From an uncultured bacterium (GTDB lineage Bacteria > Omnitrophota > Omnitrophia > Omnitrophales > Aquincolibacteriaceae), in assembly GCA_964385615.1 (NCBI GenBank), contig CAYLPP010000003.1, positions 75,288 to 139,287 on the forward strand: 64,000 nt of DNA, in the 5' to 3' direction. How positions within the stretch are numbered: position 1 is the first letter of the stretch; each line of letters opens with the position of its first letter. A program made the position numbers and the translations under genes. The notes under the pieces were generated by a model. It worked only from the letters and a program-made list of their open reading frames with translations. It was not told the DNA's origin and did no database searches. Shown here in pieces: positions 1-9,016 of the stretch.

Positions 1-38
1 GCCAAAACAGGTCCTTGAATTTTATTTTGAGTTTTCAT
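1..38 (-). CDS. 5' end of an unidentified CDS running off the window (MKTQNKIQGPVL...)
   Basis: ATG at 36-38 (minus) preceded by GGGGAGGAG SD at 43-51; only 12 codons visible. Confidence 0.25.
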   Translation of the reverse strand, partial: MKTQNKIQGPVL

Positions 39-52
39 AATCTCCTCCCCTT

Positions 53-406
53 TTAATCTTTAACCAGCTCTTTAATTTTCCCAATCAAAAGTCCGGTACT
101 TTGAGCCTTGTCATAATAGTCGTGAGCTTTAAGAATCAGCCGTTTTTGACGTTCCACCGGATACACACTTGAGACAATAATCTTCAGGGATTCGTCGTAA
201 GCTTCGAGGACTTCCCGCATCACGGTACCGTCAATATCCGGCATATTAATATCCAAAAGCACCACGTCAAAATTCTGCCGAAGAAGAATTTCCGTCGCCT
301 CCTCAGCGCTCTTAGCCATACCAACCTCGTAGCCTTCTGAAGTCAGTAAATCGCAGTAAACACGGCGGATTTTAAAGTCGTCATCGACAATCAGAATCCT
401 TTTCAT
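53..406 (-). CDS. single-domain CheY-like response regulator (receiver only)
   Basis: 117 aa; ILIVDDD...DVVLLDINMPDIDG receiver signature with phospho-Asp context; no output domain. Confidence 0.85.
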   Translation of the reverse strand: MKRILIVDDDFKIRRVYCDLLTSEGYEVGMAKSAEEATEILLRQNFDVVLLDINMPDIDGTVMREVLEAYDESLKIIVSSVYPVERQKRLILKAHDYYDKAQSTGLLIGKIKELVKD

Positions 407-502
407 AGAGCTCCTCTCATTGACTACGGAAAGGATGATAACCGGAATAAAATGAGAGGAAGATTAATAGAAGATTAGAAGTTTCTAATCCGAAGAGAGG
501 CT

Positions 503-2002
503 TTAAGAGCGGAAAAGAGGAAGCTGGACGGTAAAAACGGAGCCTTTTCCCACATGGGTTTTAACCTGAATATCCCCCTGATGGGCTTTGGCGATTGAGA
601 GCGCGATACTCAAACCCAAACCGTGGCTCGGGGTGCCGGGATTGACCGTGCGTTCTCTATGGAAAAATTTTTCAAAAATACGCGGGAGGTCCTGATCGGG
701 AATGCCGGGGCCTGTGTCTGAAATTTCAATCTGAGCTTTTTTATCCCGAAGGATCGCGAAAATTCCGATCCGCTCATTTTCCCGGGTGAATTTCACGGCA
801 TTTTCAATCAAGTTCAGAAAAAGACGGCGAAGATGTACTGGGTCCGCGGAAACCCAGACAGGACCGGAAAAAGGCGTAACACTGACCCGAATATTTTTCC
901 TCCGGGCCAGAATCTCTGCCGCCTCTGAAATGTCCTTGAGAAAAGCCGTTAGGTCCACTTTTTGAAACCGGAAAGCCTGAGGGTCGTAATCCAGCGTGGT
1001 CAATAAAAGCATATCGTCAATCACCCGGATCAAACCTTCGATCTCCGCCAGATTTCCATTTAAAACTTTTTGATATTCTTCAGGCGACCGCTCTCTGCGC
1101 ACCGCGAGCTCCGACTCCCCGCGCATCACCGCCAGCGGGGTTTTCAGCTCATGGGCCACATGCGCGCTAAACTCCGAAATCGCCTTGAAGGATTTTTCCA
1201 ATCTCGCGATCATGTCGTTAAAAGCGCCCACCAGGGATTTCATTTCCTCATCCGGCGCGTTTTCCTCCACGCGGTCGGTCAGATTTTCGTAAGTAATCTT
1301 ACGGGCGGCAGCCGTCACTTTTTCAACCGGCCTCAAAACGCGGGAAGCAAAAAACCAGCCCATAAATCCCGCGAATGTTAAAAACGCCCCCAGTGAAATG
1401 ACCGCGAAAATCAAAAGATCCTGTAGAAGTTTTTCGATGGAATCAATCGGCGTAGCAACCTGCAGGCTGTAAAACCGCCCGTCACGAAAACGGACCGGAA
1501 CCAGAATGGTCCGAAAACCGTCCGCCGTGTGGTATTCGGGCTTCAGTCTTTTTTCAGGCAGAAAGCTGGCTCCCCAGCGTTTCAGCAGAGTATCCAGCGG
1601 TTTTACGGGTAAGTTTTCGGATTGGCTGACAACCACGCCTCCCTGCGCCATGAGCCGGATGAAATCACGCCGAAGGTCATAGCGGTCCATGATATCAAGC
1701 AGGCGCTTCTCCATGGAAACCGCGTCCGCCGGCAGGGTGTTTCCAACCCCCTCAAAACGAATTACCTTCCTTGAGGCGGAAGCCAATGCGTCACGATTCT
1801 GCCCCAGCGCTTCAGAGTAAGCGTTAATAATATCCACGATTTCCTGGGAGCGGGCCTGAAGGCTCCGATCCAGATTGCGGTAAAGCAGATAGCGGATGGA
1901 AAAATAAAGCGTGGCGCTGAAAAATATAAGAAATAGCCCTAAAAGCGCGGTGTAGAGGAAACCGATTTTGAACTTAACGGAATGAAATTTAAACATGGCC
2001 AT
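503..2002 (-). CDS. membrane sensor histidine kinase (TM-HAMP-HisKA-HATPase_c)
   Basis: 499 aa; N-terminal TM helices, H-box HELKTPLAVMRG, N/G boxes (NLIENAVKFT, DTGPGIP, GLGLSIA). Confidence 0.9.
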   Translation of the reverse strand: MAMFKFHSVKFKIGFLYTALLGLFLIFFSATLYFSIRYLLYRNLDRSLQARSQEIVDIINAYSEALGQNRDALASASRKVIRFEGVGNTLPADAVSMEKRLLDIMDRYDLRRDFIRLMAQGGVVVSQSENLPVKPLDTLLKRWGASFLPEKRLKPEYHTADGFRTILVPVRFRDGRFYSLQVATPIDSIEKLLQDLLIFAVISLGAFLTFAGFMGWFFASRVLRPVEKVTAAARKITYENLTDRVEENAPDEEMKSLVGAFNDMIARLEKSFKAISEFSAHVAHELKTPLAVMRGESELAVRRERSPEEYQKVLNGNLAEIEGLIRVIDDMLLLTTLDYDPQAFRFQKVDLTAFLKDISEAAEILARRKNIRVSVTPFSGPVWVSADPVHLRRLFLNLIENAVKFTRENERIGIFAILRDKKAQIEISDTGPGIPDQDLPRIFEKFFHRERTVNPGTPSHGLGLSIALSIAKAHQGDIQVKTHVGKGSVFTVQLPLFRS

Positions 2003-2666
2003 CTTTAAGCATATACCCCGAACCGCGAACCGTGTGAATCAGCGGTTTTTTGGAACCCTGATCGATTTTCGTCCGGAGGTAATTCACATAAACATCAATC
2101 ACATTGGTCAGTGTGTCAAAACTCTCGTTCCAAACGTGTTCGGAAATCATCGTCCGGGTAACGACGGTATTCGGGTTAAGCATCAAATATTCCAAAAGCG
2201 AATATTCCCTAGACGTGAGTTCGATTTTCCGGCCGGCGCGGGTCACTTCGTGAGTCAGCTGATCCAGCTCAAGATCGGCCATTTTCAGTTTCGTGGATTT
2301 ATCAAGGCGTTGACGGCGAAGAAGAGCCGCGATGCGGGCTAAAAGTTCCTCAAAGGAAAAAGGCTTGCAGAGATAATCGTCCGCGCCGGAATTCAAACCC
2401 AGCACCCGGTCTTTGATTCCAGCCCGCGAAGTCAGCATTAAAACCGGAACGTTGTTTTTTTTCGCGCGCAGTTCTTTGCAAACACTCACACCATCACGGC
2501 CGGGAAGCATTAAGTCCAGAATGATCAGATCGTAAGGGTTGATCTGAGCCATCATGAGACCTTTCTCACCGTCTTCGGCCGTATCCACCGCGAAATGCTC
2601 TTCTTTAAGCCCGCGCTGAATGAAGGAAGCTATTTTCTTTTCGTCTTCAATCAAAAGGATTCTCAT
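1989..2666 (-). CDS. OmpR/PhoB-family response regulator (REC + winged-helix)
   Basis: 225 aa; MRILLIEDE...LILDLMLPGRDG receiver, C-terminal LTSREYSLLEYLMLNPNTVVTR...VDVYVNYLRTKID wHTH; 14-nt overlap with upstream kinase gene. Confidence 0.9.
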   Translation of the reverse strand: MRILLIEDEKKIASFIQRGLKEEHFAVDTAEDGEKGLMMAQINPYDLIILDLMLPGRDGVSVCKELRAKKNNVPVLMLTSRAGIKDRVLGLNSGADDYLCKPFSFEELLARIAALLRRQRLDKSTKLKMADLELDQLTHEVTRAGRKIELTSREYSLLEYLMLNPNTVVTRTMISEHVWNESFDTLTNVIDVYVNYLRTKIDQGSKKPLIHTVRGSGYMLKDGHV

Positions 2667-2672
2667 GCACCC

Positions 2673-4712
2673 TCAAGACTGCGGATTATTTTCAGACACC
2701 GTAAGATGGTTATCGTGGGCCCAGCCGTGAAAGGCCTTATGTTCCGCGCGCCCCATAACCGCGGTAATCCGGTCCCGCAAATGAACCACCGTTTTACCTT
2801 TGGGAACAAACCGCCGCCCCCCGCGGTGAACGGACAGCAGAATAACACCTTCGGGCAGTTTCAGCTCAAAAACCATTTTCCCATCCATTTGGGAAGCTCT
2901 GGTGATTTGAAAAACCATGGAGGTAATTGATTCTGATTCAAACCGGCTGCTCTCCGCGCGGGAAATCGCCTCACCCCGCTTTGACGAAACATCCGCGTAA
3001 ATTTTAAAAATATTTTCCGTGCGCAAAATTCCTTCGAGCCGGAGATTATCTTCTGAATTCACCACTGGTAAAACCGTGCAGCGGCGCTCCAGCATCAGAC
3101 GGGCAGCAGAACTCAGAGGTTCATCCGAAAGGCAGTAATCACGCAGAGGCACTGAAACATCCGCGGCGAGAATCCCCTTCACGGCCGTATCCAGAATCAC
3201 TTCCTGGACATCTTCTTTCATGACCATTTCACGAAGCTCTCCCCGCGAATTGACCGTGAAAAAAACTTTTTCAGGAGCTTTCGCCATTCGGTCAGCCAGC
3301 TCAAAAACATCCATTTTTTCGGGCACAAGCTCAAACTGATTACTCATGGCGTCCGAAGCCCGAAGCACGCTTAAATGGCGCACATCGTTAAATTTCTCAA
3401 CATCAATGCCGTCACGGGAAAGCTTGATCGTGTCCAGTGAGTCGGAGTGCATAATCTTGGAAAGAGAAGCTGAAACGACCGAAGCAATCATAATGGGAAG
3501 AATCATGCGGTAATCGCCGGTCAGTTCAAAAACGAGAAAAATCCCCGTTAACGGCGCGTGAAAAGCGCCGGAAAAGACACTGGCCATGCCTACAAGCACA
3601 TAAGCACCGATTCCCGCCGTGCCGAAAGGCATATGAGGCACGACCATTTTCCCGAAAGCGCAGCCAAGCATCGCGCCGATGAAAAGCGCGGGGCCGAAAG
3701 TTCCCCCTGAGGCTCCTGAGGCAATCGAAACGGAAGTGGCAAAAATTTTAAGAAAAACGAGCATCAAAACAAGATGAAGACCGAGGTCATTGCGAAACGC
3801 CTGCTCAATCACCTCAAAGCCCATTCCCAAAATTTGAGGGAACCAAAGCGCGGTCAAGCCGATGATCAGTCCGCCCAAAAGAGCCCGGACCCAGATTCCG
3901 GGAATTTTATGCTCCATCACCGACTCAACACGGTCAAAAATCCGGATAAAAAGGTAAGCGACCAGCGAAGACAGCACGCCGAGTATAAGAAACAAAAACA
4001 TTTCCCAGGGATTGCGCAGGCTGAAGTCCGCCATATTGAAAGCGAACGATTCGCCCAGAAAAGCCCGGCTTAAAACGCTGGAGGCAACGGCCGCGACAAC
4101 CACCGTGCTAAAAGTCGTAGCGGCAAAATCACGAAGAATAATTTCGAGAGCAAACATAACCCCGGTAATCGGAGCGTTGAAAGCCGCGGCAATCGCGGCA
4201 GCCGAACCGCAGGCAATCATGTTCAAAACGCGCGGCTCCGAAAGCCTGAGCAAGCGCCCTAGAACCGATCCCGTTACCGCTCCAACCTGCACGGCCGGAC
4301 CTTCACGCCCGACAGAAGCGCCTGAACCAACGGAAATCGCGGAAGAAAGCGGTTTGAGAAAAATAAGAGCTGCCGGCATTTTACCGGACTTAATCGCAAT
4401 CGCCTTGAGGACCTCGGGAACCCCATGACCTTTCGTTTCAGGAAGCAGACGCGCCAAAACCGTAACCAGAAAAGCGCCGATGACGGGAATCAAAACAATC
4501 CAGAAACGGCCCGTGCCGGATAATAACTCTTTGCCCCGCACCATAAAAAACCACTGGCCGGCATCAATCATTTTGACAAACAGAATAATAAACGCACCGG
4601 TCAGCAGACCGCAGACCGTCGCCAGCACCATCGGGGCCGCGAGGCGGGAGGAGAGGATTAGATTGTCGAGACTTTTAGGATTGAATCTGAAATTTTTTAC
4701 TTTGTCCTTCAT
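2673..4712 (-). CDS. ClC-family chloride channel / H+-Cl- antiporter with C-terminal CBS pair
   Basis: 679 aa; ClC selectivity motifs GSGASVGREGP, GIGAYVLVGMASVF...APLTG, multi-TM, C-terminal soluble CBS-like region. Confidence 0.85.
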   Translation of the reverse strand: MKDKVKNFRFNPKSLDNLILSSRLAAPMVLATVCGLLTGAFIILFVKMIDAGQWFFMVRGKELLSGTGRFWIVLIPVIGAFLVTVLARLLPETKGHGVPEVLKAIAIKSGKMPAALIFLKPLSSAISVGSGASVGREGPAVQVGAVTGSVLGRLLRLSEPRVLNMIACGSAAAIAAAFNAPITGVMFALEIILRDFAATTFSTVVVAAVASSVLSRAFLGESFAFNMADFSLRNPWEMFLFLILGVLSSLVAYLFIRIFDRVESVMEHKIPGIWVRALLGGLIIGLTALWFPQILGMGFEVIEQAFRNDLGLHLVLMLVFLKIFATSVSIASGASGGTFGPALFIGAMLGCAFGKMVVPHMPFGTAGIGAYVLVGMASVFSGAFHAPLTGIFLVFELTGDYRMILPIMIASVVSASLSKIMHSDSLDTIKLSRDGIDVEKFNDVRHLSVLRASDAMSNQFELVPEKMDVFELADRMAKAPEKVFFTVNSRGELREMVMKEDVQEVILDTAVKGILAADVSVPLRDYCLSDEPLSSAARLMLERRCTVLPVVNSEDNLRLEGILRTENIFKIYADVSSKRGEAISRAESSRFESESITSMVFQITRASQMDGKMVFELKLPEGVILLSVHRGGRRFVPKGKTVVHLRDRITAVMGRAEHKAFHGWAHDNHLTVSENNPQS

Positions 4713-5964
4713 TCGGATTCATTTTACCGACTGGAACCATAAAATTCACGCCTTTTTCTTGCAAGCAGCCGATTTTCTTAAGAATTTCCTTCGCGAAATT
4801 CCAGGCAAAAATGACCACAAAGTCCGTCGGATTTTCCATGAGGCGCGAACTGGGCACGATTGGAATTTTCGCGCCCGGCACAAAATACCCCTGCTTCAGG
4901 GGGTTATCATCCACAACGTAATCAATATCCGCTGAGGTCAAACCGTAGAAATTGATGATGGTACTTGCCTTGGCCGGAGCACCGTACCCCGATATCGACT
5001 TGCCCGACTTCTTAATCGACCGCACGGCTTCCATAAAATTATTTTTCAAATCCATGACCTTCCCGGCGAAAACCTGATAAGAAGCCATGTCCGTCAATCC
5101 CCGCTCACGTTCCTTTTCGATCAGCTGGGCCACAATCGGAGCCTGCGCCCGCCCGCCGCCTTTCTTTTGCGAAAAGACCCGCAAAGAACCGCCGTGCGAA
5201 GCTACCTGCTCAATATCAAAAATTTCAAAGCCAAAACGATCCAGCACAAAAGTCAGGGCATGAACCGCGATATACGAGAGATGCTCGTGATAAATCATAT
5301 CGAAAAGCATTTCATCCATCATGGTCACCAAATAAGGAAACTCGATGGAAAAGATTCCCTTTTCATCCAGAAGGTCATGCACATTCCGGCAGACACTCGC
5401 GATATCATCAATATGAGCGAAAACGTTATTGGCGCTCACGGCATCCGCGGGCCCGAAGCGCTGTTTAATCTGTTTCACGCTTTCCGCGTCAAAGTAGCGG
5501 TTGATCGTAACCAGTCCATTGGCATTGGCGGCCGCGCTGAGATTCTCCGCAGGGTCAATCCCCACGGCACGCATCCCCTCTTTTTGATAGCAGGAAAGCA
5601 AAAGCCCGTCGTTACTGCCGATATCCACGGCAAGCGGGTTTTCTTTTTTCGTAACGCGCGCTTTAACCCGGGAGGCATACTGAGCGAAATGATCGCGAAA
5701 AGTCTGAGTTGTGGAACTGACGTAAAGATAATTTTTAAACATCATGTCGGGAGGAACCACGTGGGTCAGCTGAACGAGCCCGCAGTTACGGCACCAGGTC
5801 AGACTGAGCGGGCATTTGAACTCGGGTTTACCGGCGTCCTCCGGCTTGACGTATGAATTGGCCAACGCGACCGAACCCAGTTCTAAAAACGCGGGGTCCA
5901 GAGGTTTCTCACAATAGCGGCAGGTTTTTTTCAAATAATCAGCCATGATCAGACTCCCGGGCAA
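4675..5964 (-). CDS. class I SAM-dependent (sugar C-) methyltransferase with N-terminal Cys4 zinc-binding domain
   Basis: 429 aa; CRYCEKP...CRNCGLVQL zinc motif, AVDIGSNDG SAM-binding motif; architecture of NDP-hexose C-methyltransferases (TylCIII-like). Confidence 0.7.
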   Translation of the reverse strand: MPGSLIMADYLKKTCRYCEKPLDPAFLELGSVALANSYVKPEDAGKPEFKCPLSLTWCRNCGLVQLTHVVPPDMMFKNYLYVSSTTQTFRDHFAQYASRVKARVTKKENPLAVDIGSNDGLLLSCYQKEGMRAVGIDPAENLSAAANANGLVTINRYFDAESVKQIKQRFGPADAVSANNVFAHIDDIASVCRNVHDLLDEKGIFSIEFPYLVTMMDEMLFDMIYHEHLSYIAVHALTFVLDRFGFEIFDIEQVASHGGSLRVFSQKKGGGRAQAPIVAQLIEKERERGLTDMASYQVFAGKVMDLKNNFMEAVRSIKKSGKSISGYGAPAKASTIINFYGLTSADIDYVVDDNPLKQGYFVPGAKIPIVPSSRLMENPTDFVVIFAWNFAKEILKKIGCLQEKGVNFMVPVGKMNPNEGQSKKFQIQS

Positions 5965-6674
5965 GCGTGAATTGCCGTAATTTTACCGTGGCGAATAACA
6001 ATATCGCCGCCGGACTCTACTTCCGTTTTATTCGTGTAAACGTCTAAAAAAATTCCCGCGACAAAATCCGTGCTCTGCTGTCTGGCCGCATCCTCTTTGC
6101 CGAAAATCTGCGCCCGCATTTCCGTGTTCATCCCGCCGGGGCAAAAAGTCACGCACTTAATGGGAATGTCCAGATTCTCTTTGGCTACCGCCTGTGAAAG
6201 CGCGAGCACGCCGAACTTGGCGGCCGAATAAGCGGCCAGTTTCGGCACGGCCCTTTGCCCCGCCATGGAAGAAACATTATAAACCGTCCCGCGTTTCTGC
6301 TTCCGGAAAATAGGAACGAAATGTTTGCACATCAAAAATGACGAAAGCAAATTCCCGTTCATCAGGCGATGATACTCAGAAACAGTGGTTTCTTCCAGCC
6401 GGAGTAAATCTCCCCCGTAACCGGCATTATTGATTAAAAGATCGAGCGGCTGTTTTTTAAACTTCGCCGCGAATTTTTTAACCTGCGGTTCGGAAGTAAG
6501 GTCAAGAGCGTGAAATGAAACCGGAGCATTTTTAGGAAGTTTCGCTTTTGCGGTTTTCCAATGTTTGCGCGTACGGCTGACCGCGAAAACCTGCCACCCC
6601 GCTTCCAGAAATTGCCGTGCCAGCGTGAGACCAAGCCCACGGCTGGCGCCGGTAATAACAACGCTTTGGGTCAT
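5949..6674 (-). CDS. short-chain dehydrogenase/reductase (SDR)
   Basis: 241 aa; TGASRGLG Rossmann motif, NNAG, S...YxxxK (YSAAK) catalytic triad. Confidence 0.85.
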   Translation of the reverse strand: MTQSVVITGASRGLGLTLARQFLEAGWQVFAVSRTRKHWKTAKAKLPKNAPVSFHALDLTSEPQVKKFAAKFKKQPLDLLINNAGYGGDLLRLEETTVSEYHRLMNGNLLSSFLMCKHFVPIFRKQKRGTVYNVSSMAGQRAVPKLAAYSAAKFGVLALSQAVAKENLDIPIKCVTFCPGGMNTEMRAQIFGKEDAARQQSTDFVAGIFLDVYTNKTEVESGGDIVIRHGKITAIHACPGV

Positions 6675-6676
6675 GC

Positions 6677-7093
6677 TTAGGCTTTTTGGAGTTTCGCGTT
6701 CAGGTAACCGCCCTTAATCACTTCATAGGCGATGGTGTCTTCTTCGTATTTACCGGATTCACGCTGGCAGGTCGTAAGCGCCAAAAACACGGAATCTTCC
6801 GTGAATTCCTGCGCGTGAGCAATCAGCGCCGGCGTTTCAACAATATCGCCCGGCTTGATTTCGAGCACCAAACGCTTGGAGGTGTCGCGAGTGTCCACAG
6901 AGTGGCTGTTAAACGCGCCGCTGACCAGATAAATGTACTGGTGATCTTTTTTATGGTAGTGATTGGCGCGGACCGTGCCTTTTTTAGAGGTAATCAGCGC
7001 GATATGTTCAATGCGTCCTTCAAAAACGTTGGTGATCGCGCCGCGCGCGTCCACGAATGCAGGGTCAATGTGCCATTTCTTTTCCATGTTCAT
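6677..7093 (-). CDS. cupin-fold protein, WxcM/FdtA-like sugar isomerase or epimerase candidate
   Basis: 138 aa; ANHYHKKDHQYIYLVSG cupin motif; lies inside a sugar-nucleotide modification operon. Confidence 0.5.
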   Translation of the reverse strand: MNMEKKWHIDPAFVDARGAITNVFEGRIEHIALITSKKGTVRANHYHKKDHQYIYLVSGAFNSHSVDTRDTSKRLVLEIKPGDIVETPALIAHAQEFTEDSVFLALTTCQRESGKYEEDTIAYEVIKGGYLNAKLQKA

Positions 7094-7112
7094 GCTCCTC
7101 TTTTTTTGGGGT

Positions 7113-8423
7113 TTAAGATTCTTGAAACCAGCGGATCGTGCGCTTCAGACCTTCTTTAAGGCCCACCCGCGGTTTAAATCCGGTCAGTTTCGTGAGTTTG
7201 GTAATGTCAGGACAGCGGCGTTTCGGATCCGAATTCGCGTAAACCGCGTGCGGAGGATCAATTCCGACCACTTTGACCTTATGAGGCATAGCAGCCGCGA
7301 CCAGTTCAGCCAGCTGTTTAACGGAAATTTCAGGCGAAGGATTTCCAACATTGAAAGCCTCGCCGTCGTGAGTTGAAAATAGAATTTTGAAAATCGCCTC
7401 AATTTCATCATTAATGTAGCAGAAGGAACGGGTATTACGCCCGTCACCATGAACCGGCAGAGGTTCTTTACGCAGAGCGTGTTCAATGAAGTTCGGAAGC
7501 ACGCGGTAATCGTCGGGTCTGATCCCCGGGCCGTAAACGTTAAACGGGCGGACGATCTTAACCGGCACATTGTAAACACGCCAGAAGGCCGTGCACATGG
7601 TTTCGCCAAAACGCTTGGATTCGTCATAGCACGAGCGGGGGCCATTCACGGACACATTGCCGTTATAGTCTTCCTTGGTCGGAACGTGCTTAGGGTCCGG
7701 ATCTCCGTAAACTTCGCTGGAGCTCATAAAAATAAAACTCGATACGTTTTTCCGGCGCGCCAGCTCAAGCATATGCCGAGTACCTTCCGTACCAACGTCC
7801 ATGGTTTCAATCGGAAATTTAGTGTAGTAAACCGGAGACGCAATTCCCGCCGCGTGGATGATGTAATCAATCTTGGCGTCCGTCTGGAAGGGCTTGATGA
7901 CGTCATGCCGGTAAAACGTCAAATGCTCGTCAGAAACAATCTGCTGCTGATAGCCCGTCACAAAATTATCCAGGAGAAGAGCCTTACACTTTTGATCCCC
8001 CAGCACCCGCTCATTCATATAATGGAGCAAATGCACCATGTAGCGCCCAAGAAACCCAAACGCTCCGGTGACCAGGAACGTCTTACCCGCGAAGTACTTG
8101 GCGTAAGGCTTGAATATCTTTCCAAGAGCTTCGATATCTTCACGCATGACAAGCGGAAGATCCGAAGGCTCTTTTTTCTTTTTGGGCAGGTTTTTGGGAA
8201 CAATCGTGCCGATCGCCTGGGTTTCTTCCTGAAAAATTTCCGAAACGGATGAAACGCCGGTTTCTTCAGCAAGACCGCTGGCAATATAATCTTTAATCAG
8301 CTTCTGGTAGCCGATATTTCCTTTTTTCCCGGCTTGGCGCTGAAGGTCGGAAATGGTTTTTTCGGGGATGCGGATGGAAATCATCCGGTTTTCAGAACTT
8401 TTCTTCGCTTTTTTAACGGGCAT
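7113..8423 (-). CDS. NAD-dependent epimerase/dehydratase (UDP-glucuronate decarboxylase/ArnA-like extended SDR) with N-terminal BrnA/CopG-like ribbon-helix-helix domain
   Basis: 436 aa; N-terminus ISIRIPEKTISDLQRQAGKKGNIGYQKLIKDYI resembles the BrnA antitoxin RHH signature; K/P-rich linker; then LVTGAFGFLGRYMV Rossmann motif, YxxxK, C-terminal UXS-like region; SD GGAG upstream of the start. Confidence 0.8.
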   Translation of the reverse strand: MPVKKAKKSSENRMISIRIPEKTISDLQRQAGKKGNIGYQKLIKDYIASGLAEETGVSSVSEIFQEETQAIGTIVPKNLPKKKKEPSDLPLVMREDIEALGKIFKPYAKYFAGKTFLVTGAFGFLGRYMVHLLHYMNERVLGDQKCKALLLDNFVTGYQQQIVSDEHLTFYRHDVIKPFQTDAKIDYIIHAAGIASPVYYTKFPIETMDVGTEGTRHMLELARRKNVSSFIFMSSSEVYGDPDPKHVPTKEDYNGNVSVNGPRSCYDESKRFGETMCTAFWRVYNVPVKIVRPFNVYGPGIRPDDYRVLPNFIEHALRKEPLPVHGDGRNTRSFCYINDEIEAIFKILFSTHDGEAFNVGNPSPEISVKQLAELVAAAMPHKVKVVGIDPPHAVYANSDPKRRCPDITKLTKLTGFKPRVGLKEGLKRTIRWFQES

Positions 8424-8435
8424 AGGTCACGGCTC

Positions 8436-8490
8436 CTGTATATACAGAAAGTCTCGATAACGCTTGAGTTGAGATATTCTGTATATACAG
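8436..8490. promoter_or_regulatory. twin perfect palindromes CTGTATATACAG (8436-8447, 8479-8490) in the promoter region of the RHH-enzyme gene
   Basis: identical 15-bp contexts TCTGTATATACAGAA twice, 43 bp apart, between the dps stop and the start of the 7113-8423 gene. Confidence 0.5.
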
Positions 8491-8512
8491 AAGCCGGATG
8501 TCAAGCCTTTTA

Positions 8513-8998
8513 TCAGGAAAGCAGGCTGCGAAGCATCCAGGCCGTTTTCTCGTGAATCTGCATACGCTGAGTGAGCAGGTCCATGGTGGACTGGTCCTGG
8601 ACTTTTTCCGCCAGGGGAAAAAGCGCGCGGGCCGTACGAATCACCACCTCATGCCCCTTAATCAGCGAGCGGATCATATCTTCAGCCGATGGAACCCCCT
8701 TGTCTTCCGCCACGGAGGTTGACCGGGCAAATTCCGCGTAAGTGCCCGGGGCGAAAACTCCCAACGCCCGGATCCTTTCGGCAATCACATCCACAGCGGT
8801 CCACATTTCATTGTAATGCTGTTCAAACATCAGGTGCAGCGTCTGAAACATGGGCCCCGTAACATTCCAATGGTAGTAGTGAGTCTTGAGATAGAGCGAA
8901 TAAGTGTCAGCCATGAACTTTGAAAGTCCGGCCGCGATCTCCTTTCGCGCTGACTCCTTGATGCCAATGTCGATTGCGATTCCGGTTTGAGTTTTCAT
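8513..8998 (-). CDS. dps: Dps (DNA-binding ferritin-like protein from starved cells)
   Basis: 161 aa; ferritin-like four-helix motifs, [23 protein letters not shown] typical of Dps. Confidence 0.9.
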   Translation of the reverse strand: MKTQTGIAIDIGIKESARKEIAAGLSKFMADTYSLYLKTHYYHWNVTGPMFQTLHLMFEQHYNEMWTAVDVIAERIRALGVFAPGTYAEFARSTSVAEDKGVPSAEDMIRSLIKGHEVVIRTARALFPLAEKVQDQSTMDLLTQRMQIHEKTAWMLRSLLS

Positions 8999-9016
8999 GA
9001 CTTCCTCCCTGCCAGG

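Noticed and set aside
1070-1381. Antisense ORF (103 aa) inside the histidine kinase gene, and similar antisense ORFs at 3774-4428, 5167-5856, 7449-8252, 12816-13559, 25332-26098, 26459-27340, 32324-33100, 38508-39347, 45487-46212, 53004-53642
   Set aside because: All lie opposite long, motif-rich genes in a GC-rich genome where stop-free antisense frames arise by chance. Their products are low-complexity (Arg/Pro/His-rich) with no SD or motifs.
8436-8490. CTGT...ACAG palindromes as LexA SOS boxes
   Set aside because: Gammaproteobacterial LexA boxes are CTGT-N8-ACAG; here the spacer is N4 (CTGTATATACAG). No lexA or SOS genes are adjacent. An RHH domain is encoded directly downstream, so an RHH operator is the more economical reading.
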